Source of the DNA: Sphagnum compactum
Lineage: Eukaryota
Reading direction: 5' to 3'
DNA: 64,000 bases
Assembly: GCA_965153455.1 (NCBI GenBank)
Contig: OZ234493.1
Location: 62,001 to 126,000, forward strand
The position numbers were made by a program, and so were the translations under genes. The stretch's first letter is position 1. The number at the start of each line of letters is the position of its first letter. The notes beneath the pieces were generated by a model that made no database searches, was not told the origin of the DNA, and saw nothing but the letters and a program-made list of their open reading frames with translations. Shown piece after piece: positions 48,636-61,100 of the stretch.

Positions 48636-50649
48636 ATGCAGTTTGATGGGCCAAAATTTGTATATGATGTTGGCAAAGCTGGACTTGCTACAACAGCTCA
48701 TTGTTCCAAATGTCACAAACAGACATATTATTGTCAACATCAAATTGCATATTGCAACAACAACCCTACATTTGTAAAGGTGATATGTCATCAACTCATG
48801 AACAAAATTGTATATATATGTATCGCATTTGGAATTTCTTTTTAAATAAAAAATTTATTTATTAAATAAAATTTTGTTTAGAGTTTGCAAGGGGTAGTTT
48901 TATGCCGAAGGAATTCAAACTACCTAGAAAACTCAAAGTTTTGTAAACAAGGGATCAGACATCTCTCCACCCAAAACCCCCCGAGCACCAAAAGACCTTA
49001 GATGTATTTCCACAAATTTGCATGAATTGTGTCGAATGACTTGAATACAATCGGGAATGGGTAGTCTAACATGACATCAGTTCAACCTACAACCACATGG
49101 CAAGGTTTTATGAGTTATAGACCATTGTTTTGTGCTTGTTTAATTTTTGGTGAACCATAGATATTTCCAAAGCTTTATGGTTTACTGCCATACTTCATGT
49201 CCATATTCCAAAAATTTCTTTGAACAAATCTCCAAACAATTGAATACCTAATTTGCGATAAGTATTCAATCATTTGAAATTGTTGGAATTCATGATCATT
49301 GTGCAAATGGTTGTGGGTTGAAATCACAAAGCCAACAACTCAAGAATTGGAGTTTGATGTCTACCAAATAATTTAAAATTGGTTGGGTTCAATTCACCTT
49401 GATCCCATTTAAAATAATGTTATCTATCATAGTTAAACCTCACTATAATTTGGGTCTCTAGATCAACAAAAATCATGTAAAACTTACATGGGGCTCAAGC
49501 CTCTAGTGTGAACATGTTGCCTCCATAATGGCAATAGGAAAAATCTCCTTTTCAAATTGAATTTGTAGCCCAACCAAAATTTTAAAACACCCAAGTTTAC
49601 TTTCTTTGGCAAACAAAATATTTCCCTTTTTATTTTTTCATTCATTATCATAATGTAACTTAACCATGTTTGCTCTTATATTTAGAAAATCATCATCTTC
49701 AAAGGCAGTAAGTTTATAAGGTTTAATAACTTTGTTGTCACATTCACTCACAAAATTATTCCAATATTATAAAACCTTTTACATTGATCAATGCTAACAT
49801 AAAAATTTTATCCTATTTATATGTGTTAGTACATTGTAGAGGTGGGCTCTTTCGTCCTTGCAACATTCAATGTGTCCACTCTAATCTAAAACACATTCAA
49901 TATTGTAAGACTTTAACAATGTGATCAATCGTATTCATTCAAAAACTTTGCCTCTTATTGGTGAATTGTAGATTTTAAAAGGGTTGTTTCAAGCTAAAAC
50001 CTTCAACCTTAATGTAAATCAGTATTCAATTTCACCTATTATACAGAATTTCAATTTTTTTTCCTAGGATTTGTTTTTTCTGTTGTTATCATTTGTCAAT
50101 ATGGGTATCAACTTTTTAAATTATGTAATTAAAATTTTCAATATTGAAATCATGGTTTTTATTTAAGGTTCACAATGACATTCTTATGTCACCACAAGTG
50201 TATCATCCATAGTAAAAACCTTATCAGTAATAAAAAGTATATTTAAAACATGTATGTGATCATTGGTACACCATATGTTGGAAGGGAAAAAAAAGATATT
50301 AAATCCCCACAAGTCTAAACCTTACACTTGATTCATTGTACCGAATTAATCTTCACAAACACCCAAAAAGTTTCATATTGAATTAAAATTTCCGTATACC
50401 CCAAAACAATATATGAAAATGCATACAATATTGGAATTTGAATTGAAAGTCATGGATTGACATGGATCATTTAACTAATTTCAGGAAAGTGGTGGGTATC
50501 AAACAACTTCCAATGTGTATGGAAGTACAAGTGCAACAGCAAATTATGCTAAGCCTATTCATGCTCGAAAGCCAATTGTAAAAGATACATTTTATCGGAG
50601 AACCAACATTTTTTTCCCCAAGAAACAACCCACTGGCTTTTTAGGATGA
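48636..50649 (+). CDS. Small two-coding-exon gene (48636-48779 + 50485-50649), 102 aa, function unknown
   Basis: MQFDGPKFVYDVGKAGLATTAHCSKCHKQTYYCQHQIAYCNNNPTFVK|ESGGYQTTSNVYGSTSATANYAKPIHARKPIVKDTFYRRTNIFFPKKQPTGFLG*. Phase-0 GT..AG intron with CTAAT just before the acceptor. No stops. Confidence 0.65.
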
Positions 50650-53600
50650 TAACAACAACCTTTGGAAATTCCCATGTTTGGGCATTAACATTTGTTGTAA
50701 CTCTCTTGATATTACTATCTATATATACTATGTAAAAAAAATATCATTTTCATTTAGCTTTGTATGCTATCAATAATTTGCTTGAATTTATCGAAAACAA
50801 AAAATGTGCAAGTGACTACAACAAATAAATATTAATTTCCTACTATTTGGAAAGGTAAAGTGATCCATTTAACATTACATATTAGACTTTCAACCTAAAT
50901 GTCTTAGACCATGTTGTTGGACTCTAAATTCAAATTTATGCACATGTTACATGAACTTTGGAATTTACATAAATTAAACTAAGAAATAATAAAATAATGT
51001 TATTGATCAAGAAATGATTCAATATAGTGTTAGGTTCTAATTCAACTAATTTTTTTTCAAATTTATTTATTATATGGGTTTGGATACATTCATCATGTGC
51101 ACAATAACCATCCCCAAGGGTCTAAGCATGTTGTATCTACAAATTACCATGAAAGGTATGGAAAATATAACATACTAATACCACAATAAAGAAGGTCACA
51201 TAAGATAAATATATTAGAAAAAAAATCATTACACTCCAAATTAATCATTAAGATTTACATTGTCACCTTTTAAAATAGACTTTTATTTATAAATTTTGTT
51301 AAAGTGAGCACCAACTGATGGCCATCACAAGTAAAGGACTTAACAATTAGTTTTTTGGTTTTTAAAATCAAGAACACAAAATAAGAATAATAACTATGAA
51401 GATTGTCACACTTCAAATTTCAATTTTTCCTATGTGAGTCAATTTAGTAATACTAAATTATTTTACAAACATCTAACATTCCAAACCCTATAACCCATTA
51501 ACCTTAAATTGCACAAGTTTCTAATTAACCAAATATGACTTAGTAATTTAATATTATAATACATGCCATGCAACTTCAACAAATGTATGTCAAATAAATA
51601 TTGTGTTTATGATTGATAGTCATCTCAAAAGAATTTGCAAAAGGTTTAATTGGAATTTTTTTTAAAATATTTATCAATTGTTGAAATTGAATGGTATCCT
51701 AAACCCCCTTTATAATCACATCCATTTTAGTCACATTCTCGTTTGTGTCACAATTTTTTTGATAACCATTTGTTTTACTAAGGAACACCATTTTTTAAAA
51801 TTACTATCACACTCGTTAGTAGCACAAAATATTTGCAAAGCTTTCTTTGTAAATCTTACTATAATGGGGGAAATCTAGGGCAAATATTAGGGTTTTGTAA
51901 ATTATAATTCTCTTTGGCAATGTTAGTGTTGATTTGTGTTCAAATTGTGCAAACTAACAACAATGAATCCAATTGAAGAGAAAAGAAAACACAACTTTCT
52001 AGTGCAGACAAGCAAAAGATATGTGAACTTGTCAAGAAAACAAAAATCATAATTAAAAAAATCTAGTTGACAAGATACATAAGCTAATAGTTAAGGAGCT
52101 CAAACCCAATGTAAATTGTCACATTAAAACATGCCAAAATCATAACCTTCTTCAAGTCTAGTAATGCATAGTAGAACTTAGAATAACCCATGTAAGAAAA
52201 TTAAACATTTGACACCTTTATTCTAACATAAAGGGCTATTTTGTGAGGTTTGTTTTGCCTATAATCACAATCTTACATAAGGGTTTATATAGAATGTGAT
52301 TATATACATTTAAATCACAATTTGTTAGTGTCACAAAAAAAATGGTCACCACGGGCGTGATTATAAAGGGGGTATATGGTATAAATACACATTACAAGGT
52401 GTATTTTTCATAACTATTCCTCAACTATTGAAAATTTTGAAAAATTAAGTATGAATGCTCCAGGACTAAATGTAAATTTTTTTAATATTCAAAAATTTGA
52501 TAATGATTTCCTTAAAAAAAAATCTTTTTGAAAACAATATTTTATGAAAATTTCAACATTTCTACAAATAATATAATTAATGTCCAAGTTGCCAAGATAC
52601 TACAACAACATTTAATACTTTTATATTAAGAATTAATTTGGTATGAGGTTTTTATGATGATAACAATCCAAAACATCATCATCATTTGTCACACACTTGT
52701 CAAAATGTAGACATCATTGTAGATTTTGTTAAAATAGTGGGAAAAATGAAATTACAAAATGTAGTAGGTGATATCAAACTTGATTCAAAGATTTAAAGTT
52801 GAATGGTGAGCTCATATATCATTATAAGGTCGAGGAAAAAAATTGAAAATACATGCATTGTTTGCCATCTTAAACCAAGTAAATTGTAATTGCATATTGT
52901 TTTCAACCACATTGCAAGCACATATTTTTTCCCAAAATTCCACATGGACTGGTTGGAATGACCAAATCAATTGAAATCTTTATTGAATTGGTACATGTTT
53001 ATCAAATTGACCATATTAATTAAGGGTTTAAATGTTGGAACATAGTTAATATTTGGAATTATAAGTTTAAGCTACAATTGACATATCAACTACCTATACC
53101 TTCACATCATTGTCTGATGGGGCATTGCATGTGATCTATGCATTAAATGGTTTTAATTATGTGGCATAACCTTTGGTGACATTAATATGTTTTTTCAAAT
53201 GTGGTTTCATAAATGGATGGATGTAGTGAATGATTTGTTGATAACTTTTTCTAAGTATATTGGTCCAATACACTTCCATTATTATGTTGATCACTTCCCA
53301 ATTTTAATTCATTATTTTGCAAATTTTGTTTTAACTACTATGTAATTCATTCAAAGTGATGTACAAGTGTAAGTTAAACATACAATGAATTTGTGGAAAT
53401 CATTGAGGGATGATATTCCAAACTATTTAACATGTTCATCACATAGGGTATATGCCTTGAAATTGGACCACTAATTCTACTTTGTAGAATTTACTCCCAT
53501 GTTTCCTACATCTTTAAGTTGCCACAATTCATTTAGTTTTACTAACCCCAACACAATTTGTGACTATTGGTGCATATGGTGTTGTGTTTTGTGCGTTCAA

Positions 53601-53769
53601 ATTTGGTGCATATTCATTTGTGTCGATGTACTTACTGTCTAGGTTATGTGTCAAAAACACATGCCTACTTTGAAGTTCTTATGTAATGTAATCTTCCACC
53701 ATGGGTTATATTTGTCATGTTGGTTCAGAGAAAACTTGTTAAAAACTTGTGAAAGAAAATAAAAATGGA

Positions 53770-55950
53770 TTGTTGCCATGAAGCAAAGCATACATTCTCG
53801 CAATGGATGCAAAAGCATCTTGAACAACATTATGAGATGCAACCCTCTCTCCACCATGGGTGTAGGAGAAGAGGTGAATCCCCATGGGGTTTAGTGGCTA
53901 GCCATAGATGTAATGTGTCAAAGCAAGAGTTAATCGATGGGGGAGGCTTAATTTAGCCTACAATGCCAAATAGAAAACATTTGAAGGCAGATGAAAGCAT
54001 GGGATGACTAGGTGAGCAAATAATCAAGTTCCCATGTTCGACCTTGCATAGGACCTCAAGTGTGCTTAATGCGAGTCAGAAGACATGTCAGAGATGATGT
54101 TGGAAAAGGAATGGTCGTGTAGTCTCTCTGAAATAGTCTCTTGAAGTCAATTTACTCCCATCTCTTCAAGCTATTCAAATAGGGGAAAACATGTTACTGC
54201 AATTGGGGAAAGAAGTTCCCAAAACAACTTCAAGTGTGCCTTGAAAGGGAATAGACCCAAACTATTTGCCCCAATAACCTCCAATAAGAATGGATGTGAA
54301 ACCAACAAGATTTTAAAGGTAATGCTAGGTGTTATTAATGCCCAATTCCCTAAAACAATTGTCGACGATATGGTCTTTGTAGAGATGAGACCTACACCTC
54401 CATTAAAAATGGGGAACAAAACCTGCCAATGCACCAAATTGGCCTTTGGACACTCAAAAGAACTTGGGGTTAAAAATCTCTCAAAAACTTGTAGAAGGGC
54501 CGAGTCAAATGAAGCAAGTTGGCGCTGAAAGCTTGAGAAGGGCGGGAAAACATGAAGCAAATAAGGTCTTTGTGCAAAACATTAAAATAAAATTTCAAAA
54601 ACCACTTGGACATCCCCCAACTTTCGAAACACATCTACATGGCGAACGTCTTCATCCAAAATGACTTATAAAAATGAAAAAGATAATGACACAAAACCAA
54701 AGGCTAAAACCTTAATGTCGTTGAGAAGGCATCAAAAACCATGAGGAGGGATAAAACCAGTAGGTAAGCTGGAAGGGGACCATGCAATGCATTTATGAGG
54801 CTAAACAACCAAACCCACTAAGGCCAGCTGGGAAGCAAACTGATAAAAAATGAAGGGAATGAAGGAAGCAAGGTCAACGATGTGAGTGGCATCTACTAAT
54901 GAAGGGAAGATACACAAAGGAAAAATAATTGAAGAGGTTCACAAGACATGAGAATGGGAAAGAACAAAAAGAGGCCCAATGAATGGGTCACCATGACATG
55001 TGCCCATAGACAAAAAAATAATAGACAATTCTCCCCTGATGGCATGATGACTAAAAAACAAAGGCAATTGCTAGGCATAAAAAGAGCGGACAAAAAAGAA
55101 GAACAGAAACAACTTAAACCTCCTATCACATGAAGATCTTGGAAGATGGCCTTATGTGAAATGGAGTTAAATGCATTCGTCACATCCATTTGTAGCACCA
55201 CCTAGTCAAGATGGACATCCAAAGAAGGTGGATTATCATGCACCATCGCTTCACACCTACCCCTAATTACCACACCAAACTAATGAGGCAACAAATAAAA
55301 GAAAAGGCATTTCGAAACTGAAAACATAAGGCTATGCTAACCGCCACGAATAGAGGACTTCACCCAGTGCAATCAATTTGATGACACCTAAAGGTTTGAC
55401 CAAAGCCAAAAGCCTAACGACACCAAGGACGTGAAGGATGGACCCTAGGAAATGACCCATGCCAACATGGGAATTCAACTGGTGAAGTTGAATGAAGCCG
55501 TTGGCAAAATCCTCAAGGTAAAATGCATCTTGAAGATGTTCAAATACCATGCGAGAAGGTTCCCTTGTGGAAAGATGGACATGCACATGAAAGTTGACCT
55601 AAGAAAATCCAACAATAATTTTAAGTTTTCGTCCAACTCAAAATACATCAAAGAATCAAGGTGAGGGGAAGGCAAAATCAATGGATGGAGAACTTGCAAA
55701 GTTGAAACAATTTATAAGGAAGTGGAAGTTGGGGCCAAGGGGCAAGGGCCTTCGCCACATGTGCATACTCTTCAGCACACCCTAGCGCCAAATTTCGCCC
55801 AGGTCGCCATAGGTGGGGCAAGGCAGAAGAAGAATTTGAAGGGCATCAATGTTGAGGAACCTTGGTCCAAAGATAAAATAGCCACAAATGCTTGCGCCCG
55901 AAGGAAATGTTCTACATAAAATTCCTCTCAATCTCCAAATAAAAACTACT
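53770..55950 (-). mobile_element. Decayed non-LTR retrotransposon RT region, CRE-like (restriction-like endonuclease class)
   Basis: Ordered relics: IKLIALGEVLY (RPIAVGE), LQMDVTNAFNSIS, HGDPF.GPLF (QGDPL), VDATHIV (YxDD region), GGVGL, then HLFSYTHGGERVASHN. Confidence 0.75.
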
Positions 55951-57712
55951 TGAAATGGGCCCTAGTATCTTGGTGCTCGATCATGCCACCCCAAGCGGGG
56001 AGGACAAGACACCACTAAGAGAGAAATAGAAATAAATGTTAGGCAGTAATGTTGAACGAGTCTCAAGCAAGGCAATCCAAAGGTAGATGAAATATAATCT
56101 GCACTTCCCATCACAAAATGAAAGGATCCACAAATACAAATGGGGCTGAAGGAAACCCAAATGGAAGGAGTCAAAGGCATCCACCTCCAACGCTCAAGCC
56201 CAAGCCATAGGATGGGGAGAGGGGACAAGAAGGGAAGCCGAAAGGCAAGAAGAACCACTTGAAGAAAAAGCCTAAAAGGCCTAACAATGTTGCTGATGAC
56301 GAAACATGCCACACCAAAAAAAAGAGGCACCACACTTGGAACATGGAACATCACGTTGGGCCCCACTCTTGCTAACAAGCAGTTTTTTTTTTCCAATTTT
56401 GTGATGCGAATCTTTTGGCAATTTCGCCCCCAAAAATTAGAAGTTTTATTCAAAATTACACTGCAAAAATCAAAATTTCCAAAAATTTCCAAAATTTCAA
56501 GTTGAGAAAAAGGCGAATTTTCGCTAAAGAAAACACTGTAACCAATGGAAAAACTGGGCTCACTGGGCCCAGCCTCACAATTGAACATATCAGCCACATC
56601 GGAAATGGGGGGACAAGAAACAAAGGCCAAAGCCCACACCAGGGGAGGGGAGAAGGAAGGGACTGATACAACAGAAATAGGGGGCGAAGTACCCATAAAT
56701 TTTTTAACTAAAAATTATTTAAAATATACAATTTTAACTTTTTTAAAAAAGGAACAGGGAAACCGGGAGGCAGAAAGCACCCCCCTCCTCCCAAAAAAAA
56801 CCATGGAAATTGGGGGGCAGAAGAAACCCGCCCCCACCCCAAAACAAAAAAAGAAAAAACGCAAGGACTCACAAATTCAAACCAAGAACCTAGAATCTCT
56901 AAGAGCGCTGCCCCTGCTTGCCTTTCGCTACTTCTGGTGTTGCAGTGAGGACAGTGGCGATGGCGGTCCCGACCTTTTTTTTCCTCCTCCTCCACACCGT
57001 CATCACTTTTCTGGACCCGCTTTCGTCATTTGTTCGTTGCCCATTGCCGTCTTTTGCTTCTGCTTCATATCAATGTCTCCTTTTCTCCCGTATTTTTCTC
57101 CTGCATCACATGCGCATTCTTCTTGCTCCAACAGCTGCATTTTCGTCAGCATCACCTACGCATTCTTCTCGCTCCAATAGCTATAGTACCAATACCATCC
57201 AAAAAGAGTTGTTTGATTTCTGACCCAGCTCTTCAACATATTCCGAATCCAAATGTCAGAAACTGCGCTCTTGGATTTTCATATTCACATGTAAAAGGAT
57301 TGCTATCGACTCAAAGCTTCAATCTCGCTTCGTCTTCTTCTCCCATCGTGTGGCTCCTGACTATTGTGCACTCCATCACCCAAAACTCAGAAGCCACAGC
57401 TGCTTCTCCTAAAAAATAAATTAAAAAATGAATAAATAAAACATAAAACATAATCTGAGCCACAACTGCTTCTCCCAAATATATATATATGAATAAATAG
57501 AACATAAAACTGGTCTTAAATAATCAGAACATTGCAATGTTTGTTGGCAGAATAAAAAAACATGTAGAACCATGCTGGGCCAAAGAACATGTGCAAAAAG
57601 ACAAAGAAAAATAAGCTCCGGACAGAGCTCGATAGATAGCGTCTTGCATTTCCTTCCTGCTACTGGCGCCCTCTAGGCAGGCCCTGTTAACATGTGTACT
57701 TTTGTAGGCTCC

Positions 57713-57838
57713 AAGTAGTTTCACAGTGTTTTTCGGCAAACCTTCATTCTAGAAGTAGTTTCATAGCATTTTTGTGCAAATCTTCATTCTAGAAGTAGTT
57801 TCATAGCATTTTTGTGCAAATCTTCACTCAAAAAGTAG
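57713..57838. repeat. 40-bp tandem repeat (~3 copies)
   Basis: cttcattctagaagtagtttcatagcatttttgtgcaaat twice exactly, plus partial or degenerate flanking copies. Confidence 0.9.
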
Positions 57839-58109
57839 TAGTGTACACGGGCAATTTATTGCTGCAGTTGGGCATGCTTCTAAGAGCAGACTTCTATATT
57901 CCATTATGCCAGCCAGAAAATACCAAAATACTTTATGACATTTCACCCAATAGGTATCTCATGTATTAAAGGATCTCATGTATCCTTAGTTTGTCAGACA
58001 AGATTTATTGATAATTTGTTGTTATTCAAGATAAGTTAGCCAACTTTATTGGTCCACTTATAGCTTTTAGCTGATACCTTGGCAGGTTTGGCAAAAAAAT
58101 ATTAATTAA

Positions 58110-61100
58110 AAAAATGCTAAAATTTTCAATTTTTTACTTTTTTCTAAGCAAATTTGTGAAGGAAATTGAAGAATATTTTAATTCTCCCTATGGAACTTTC
58201 AATTTTAATTAATTATTCAGCAGACATGTGTTGAACCCTAGTGTAATGTTTAGTGGTGGGGTGAGGACAATGAACACTGGATTTAGAAATAGGTTCATTT
58301 TTGTCCCTGCTGCTGGGGCTACTCTAAGAATTGACTTGAGAATTGAGACATCCGGTAGAGGAATTAAAGCACCCCAACCAAAAAAAAAAGTCCCACCTAT
58401 GTGACTCAATGTTTCTTTTAGTAAATTTTTAATGCAGCCAAAGCTGGATCATCTATAAGCAGTTGTAGAAAAAGTGGCTATCATCATAGCAAAATATGAT
58501 TATAACCCAAATATGAAACACAAAGATTTAGTCATCCTTCTATATTTTTGGCTACACACAGAAATACAAATATGGGTATCTGGCAATTTGCACTATTTGT
58601 TCCTTCACTTCTGGCCATTTTTTTTCATTTCCAAGCTTTTTCTTTTAAATTTTGATAAGTTTAAAAAAGGCTGATGTCAATAAAGATGCCTGCAAATATT
58701 ACTCTCCACTGGCCACAAGGATCCTGCCTCCTTGGGCATGATGAGGATTTCTGGTTCTAAAGATAACTTTCTCCAAATTTCAAGTGTGACCAATTCCAAC
58801 GATTTGATTCAACAGGATTCTCAAAGGAATCCATGATCACAAACAAGTAGCCATAAACCCATGCCATAGGAGGATCACTGGATGCTTGTCGTGCAATTGG
58901 TCATAATAAAGCATAAGACACAGGAAGTAATTGACTGTGTTACTAAAGTGAACCCTTTTGGCAAGGAGCAGAGGTGGTGCGATAAATTTTTGCAATTGCA
59001 TAGGCATGAGATTCATCAGAAACACAACATTAGCACATTTCAAGTCCAAAGAATGGCGTTCCGACTGACAGGCCTCAATGAGGCTATTTGGGGGATATGG
59101 GTCTTCCTTCGCAATGTGATGCCATTATACATGGCTTATGCTGAGTACTGAGCAGTTGATACTTATGAAGATAATAATTCTTCATTCATTTTGCAACCTT
59201 ATTCTGCAAGGTTTCACCCATTTGGTAACGTCTTTCCTTTCCTTAAATTGTTTTTCCTCTTTTCCATTTTCCAATTTCAAACTTTTATCCATTGTGTGAC
59301 TTTCTTTTCAAAATTTTCTCCACCATGCAATATTGCTCAGGATGTGGAAAAAGTATATCAAATGGATGAACATTTGCAGAAATGTTGCATAATGGGTGAA
59401 AAATTGTGGACTAAGGATGACAAGTTGAGGGCATATTCATCCGTTATGTGCAACCTTCGAAATATTCTACTGCATTGCAACTTTCTTCAATGGTATAGTG
59501 AAAAGTGTAGCCAAGCTTTTTAGGAAAATGTGGCACTAATATTCTTTCTCCTTGGAGAACTTGCTCGAATTATTTTTCTCTTGGGCAACCTAGCCAGCAA
59601 AGTGGGACCAAGTTGCATAAGAATGGATGTTTTCCTTGGAGAAGTTGATCAAATGGTTGAAAATTTTCATGGCAGCTAAACCCTGAGACCTTGACCCGAG
59701 TAGAGGGTCAAACCTTACCTGGTTCTCAGTTTTTTTTAAAAATAACTGGTTCTCACATCTAATTCTCACACAAGTGAAAATTGGTAGTTCGGTTTTCAAT
59801 CAAGGTATCACTCATGGTGACACCTTGAGGGGATCAGACCGGGATGCCCCCGATGATGCCCAAGGGTATCTATGATACCCACCCAACATTGATAAAAACT
59901 CGCCCTAAAAACACAAATACTACTCTCACCCCTTTGAGAATATTCAACATCAAACATTATTGATGGGTATGGTACAACACATAAAATTTACCTTGGTTTA
60001 CCACCACCAAATTTTTTATGGTAAATTTTTTCAAGTAATTATTCCTTAATTTGTATTTTTGGGGGTTATGTTGATATGTACTTCAACAAACACAAGAAAA
60101 TGGTTTTTCTGAACCTTCCAGTTGTTGTTGTTTTTTCTTGTGAAGACCTTTACACACCCTTTAGTTTTCAAACTCAATCTGCACTTGTTAAGAAGTAATG
60201 GAAACTTTGGGACACACAAAAGACACAATGTTTTGAACCAAAGGGTACCTTGCTTGGCAATTTAAACATATAGGAAATCAAATACCTATGTGCAAGGTTG
60301 ATTAGCTAATCTTTGGGAAACTTCAGCATAAGATCTGGTACCCAAGGTACATGGTACCCAAGTAAAACTTTGATGCCCACCCAATACATGTAGGTAGTTC
60401 ATATCCAAGGCCGAGCCACCTAAGGAGCTCACATAGGTCCACACCCTTTGAAGTTAGCAAGAAACCTTTTCCCCCTGGTGTTCTTTCATATCTTTAGCTT
60501 GTATACAAGTGCAATTGTTCTTGAGGGAGAAGCTAATGTGTGGGATGTAAATCCAACTGCCCAAGGTTGAAAAGGCAAGCCCTGCATGGGGTGCCCCTTC
60601 ACCAAACCATAAGTAGTGTATAAAATCCAAGACCAGATTGGATTTTATGTATGTTTTAAGGGGGGTTAATTGCATGCTTACAAGCATCTGGTTGCCCAAA
60701 CATAGCTAGAAAGAATTGGATCCATCATCTTGAAATCAACAAATTTATGAACTTTTATCTCCTTTGAAACCAAAGAAGGGAAAAACAACCCAAGTTTTCA
60801 ATTGTGAGAAATCCTTGTTTATTTTTTTCTTCGACTTGCCCAAGAGTTGAATTCACAAAGAAGAGTAACCTAGACTTGCATTAAAATTGTTGCTCATTCT
60901 TTTGAAACTTTTGTGCAACCCAAATGTGAGAGTTGATTTTGTGTTGGATGCTTCACACCATGATAGGACAGAAGACTTTTGTTTTGTTTTTTGTTTCAAT
61001 CATAAGTTTCAGGATTTTACCTGAAATATAAAATAATATGGGTTTGTGTAGGTGAAATTGACATGCACATATCAAAAAAATCCAAATAGGTATATGTTGA

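Noticed and set aside
55962-57419. ORFs of 244, 211, 129 and 101 aa
   Set aside because: They run through homopolymer tracts and a MITE-like insert and show no recognisable domain. The signal-peptide-like start near 56959 is unsupported.
57713-57838. Possible CRISPR-like array
   Set aside because: Head-to-tail repeats without unique spacers, no cas genes, eukaryotic context.
58837-59049. HPVILLWHGFMATC, a lipase-like motif on the minus strand
   Set aside because: The frame is not conserved in the paralogous copy (~29900-30200) and no other hydrolase motif is nearby.
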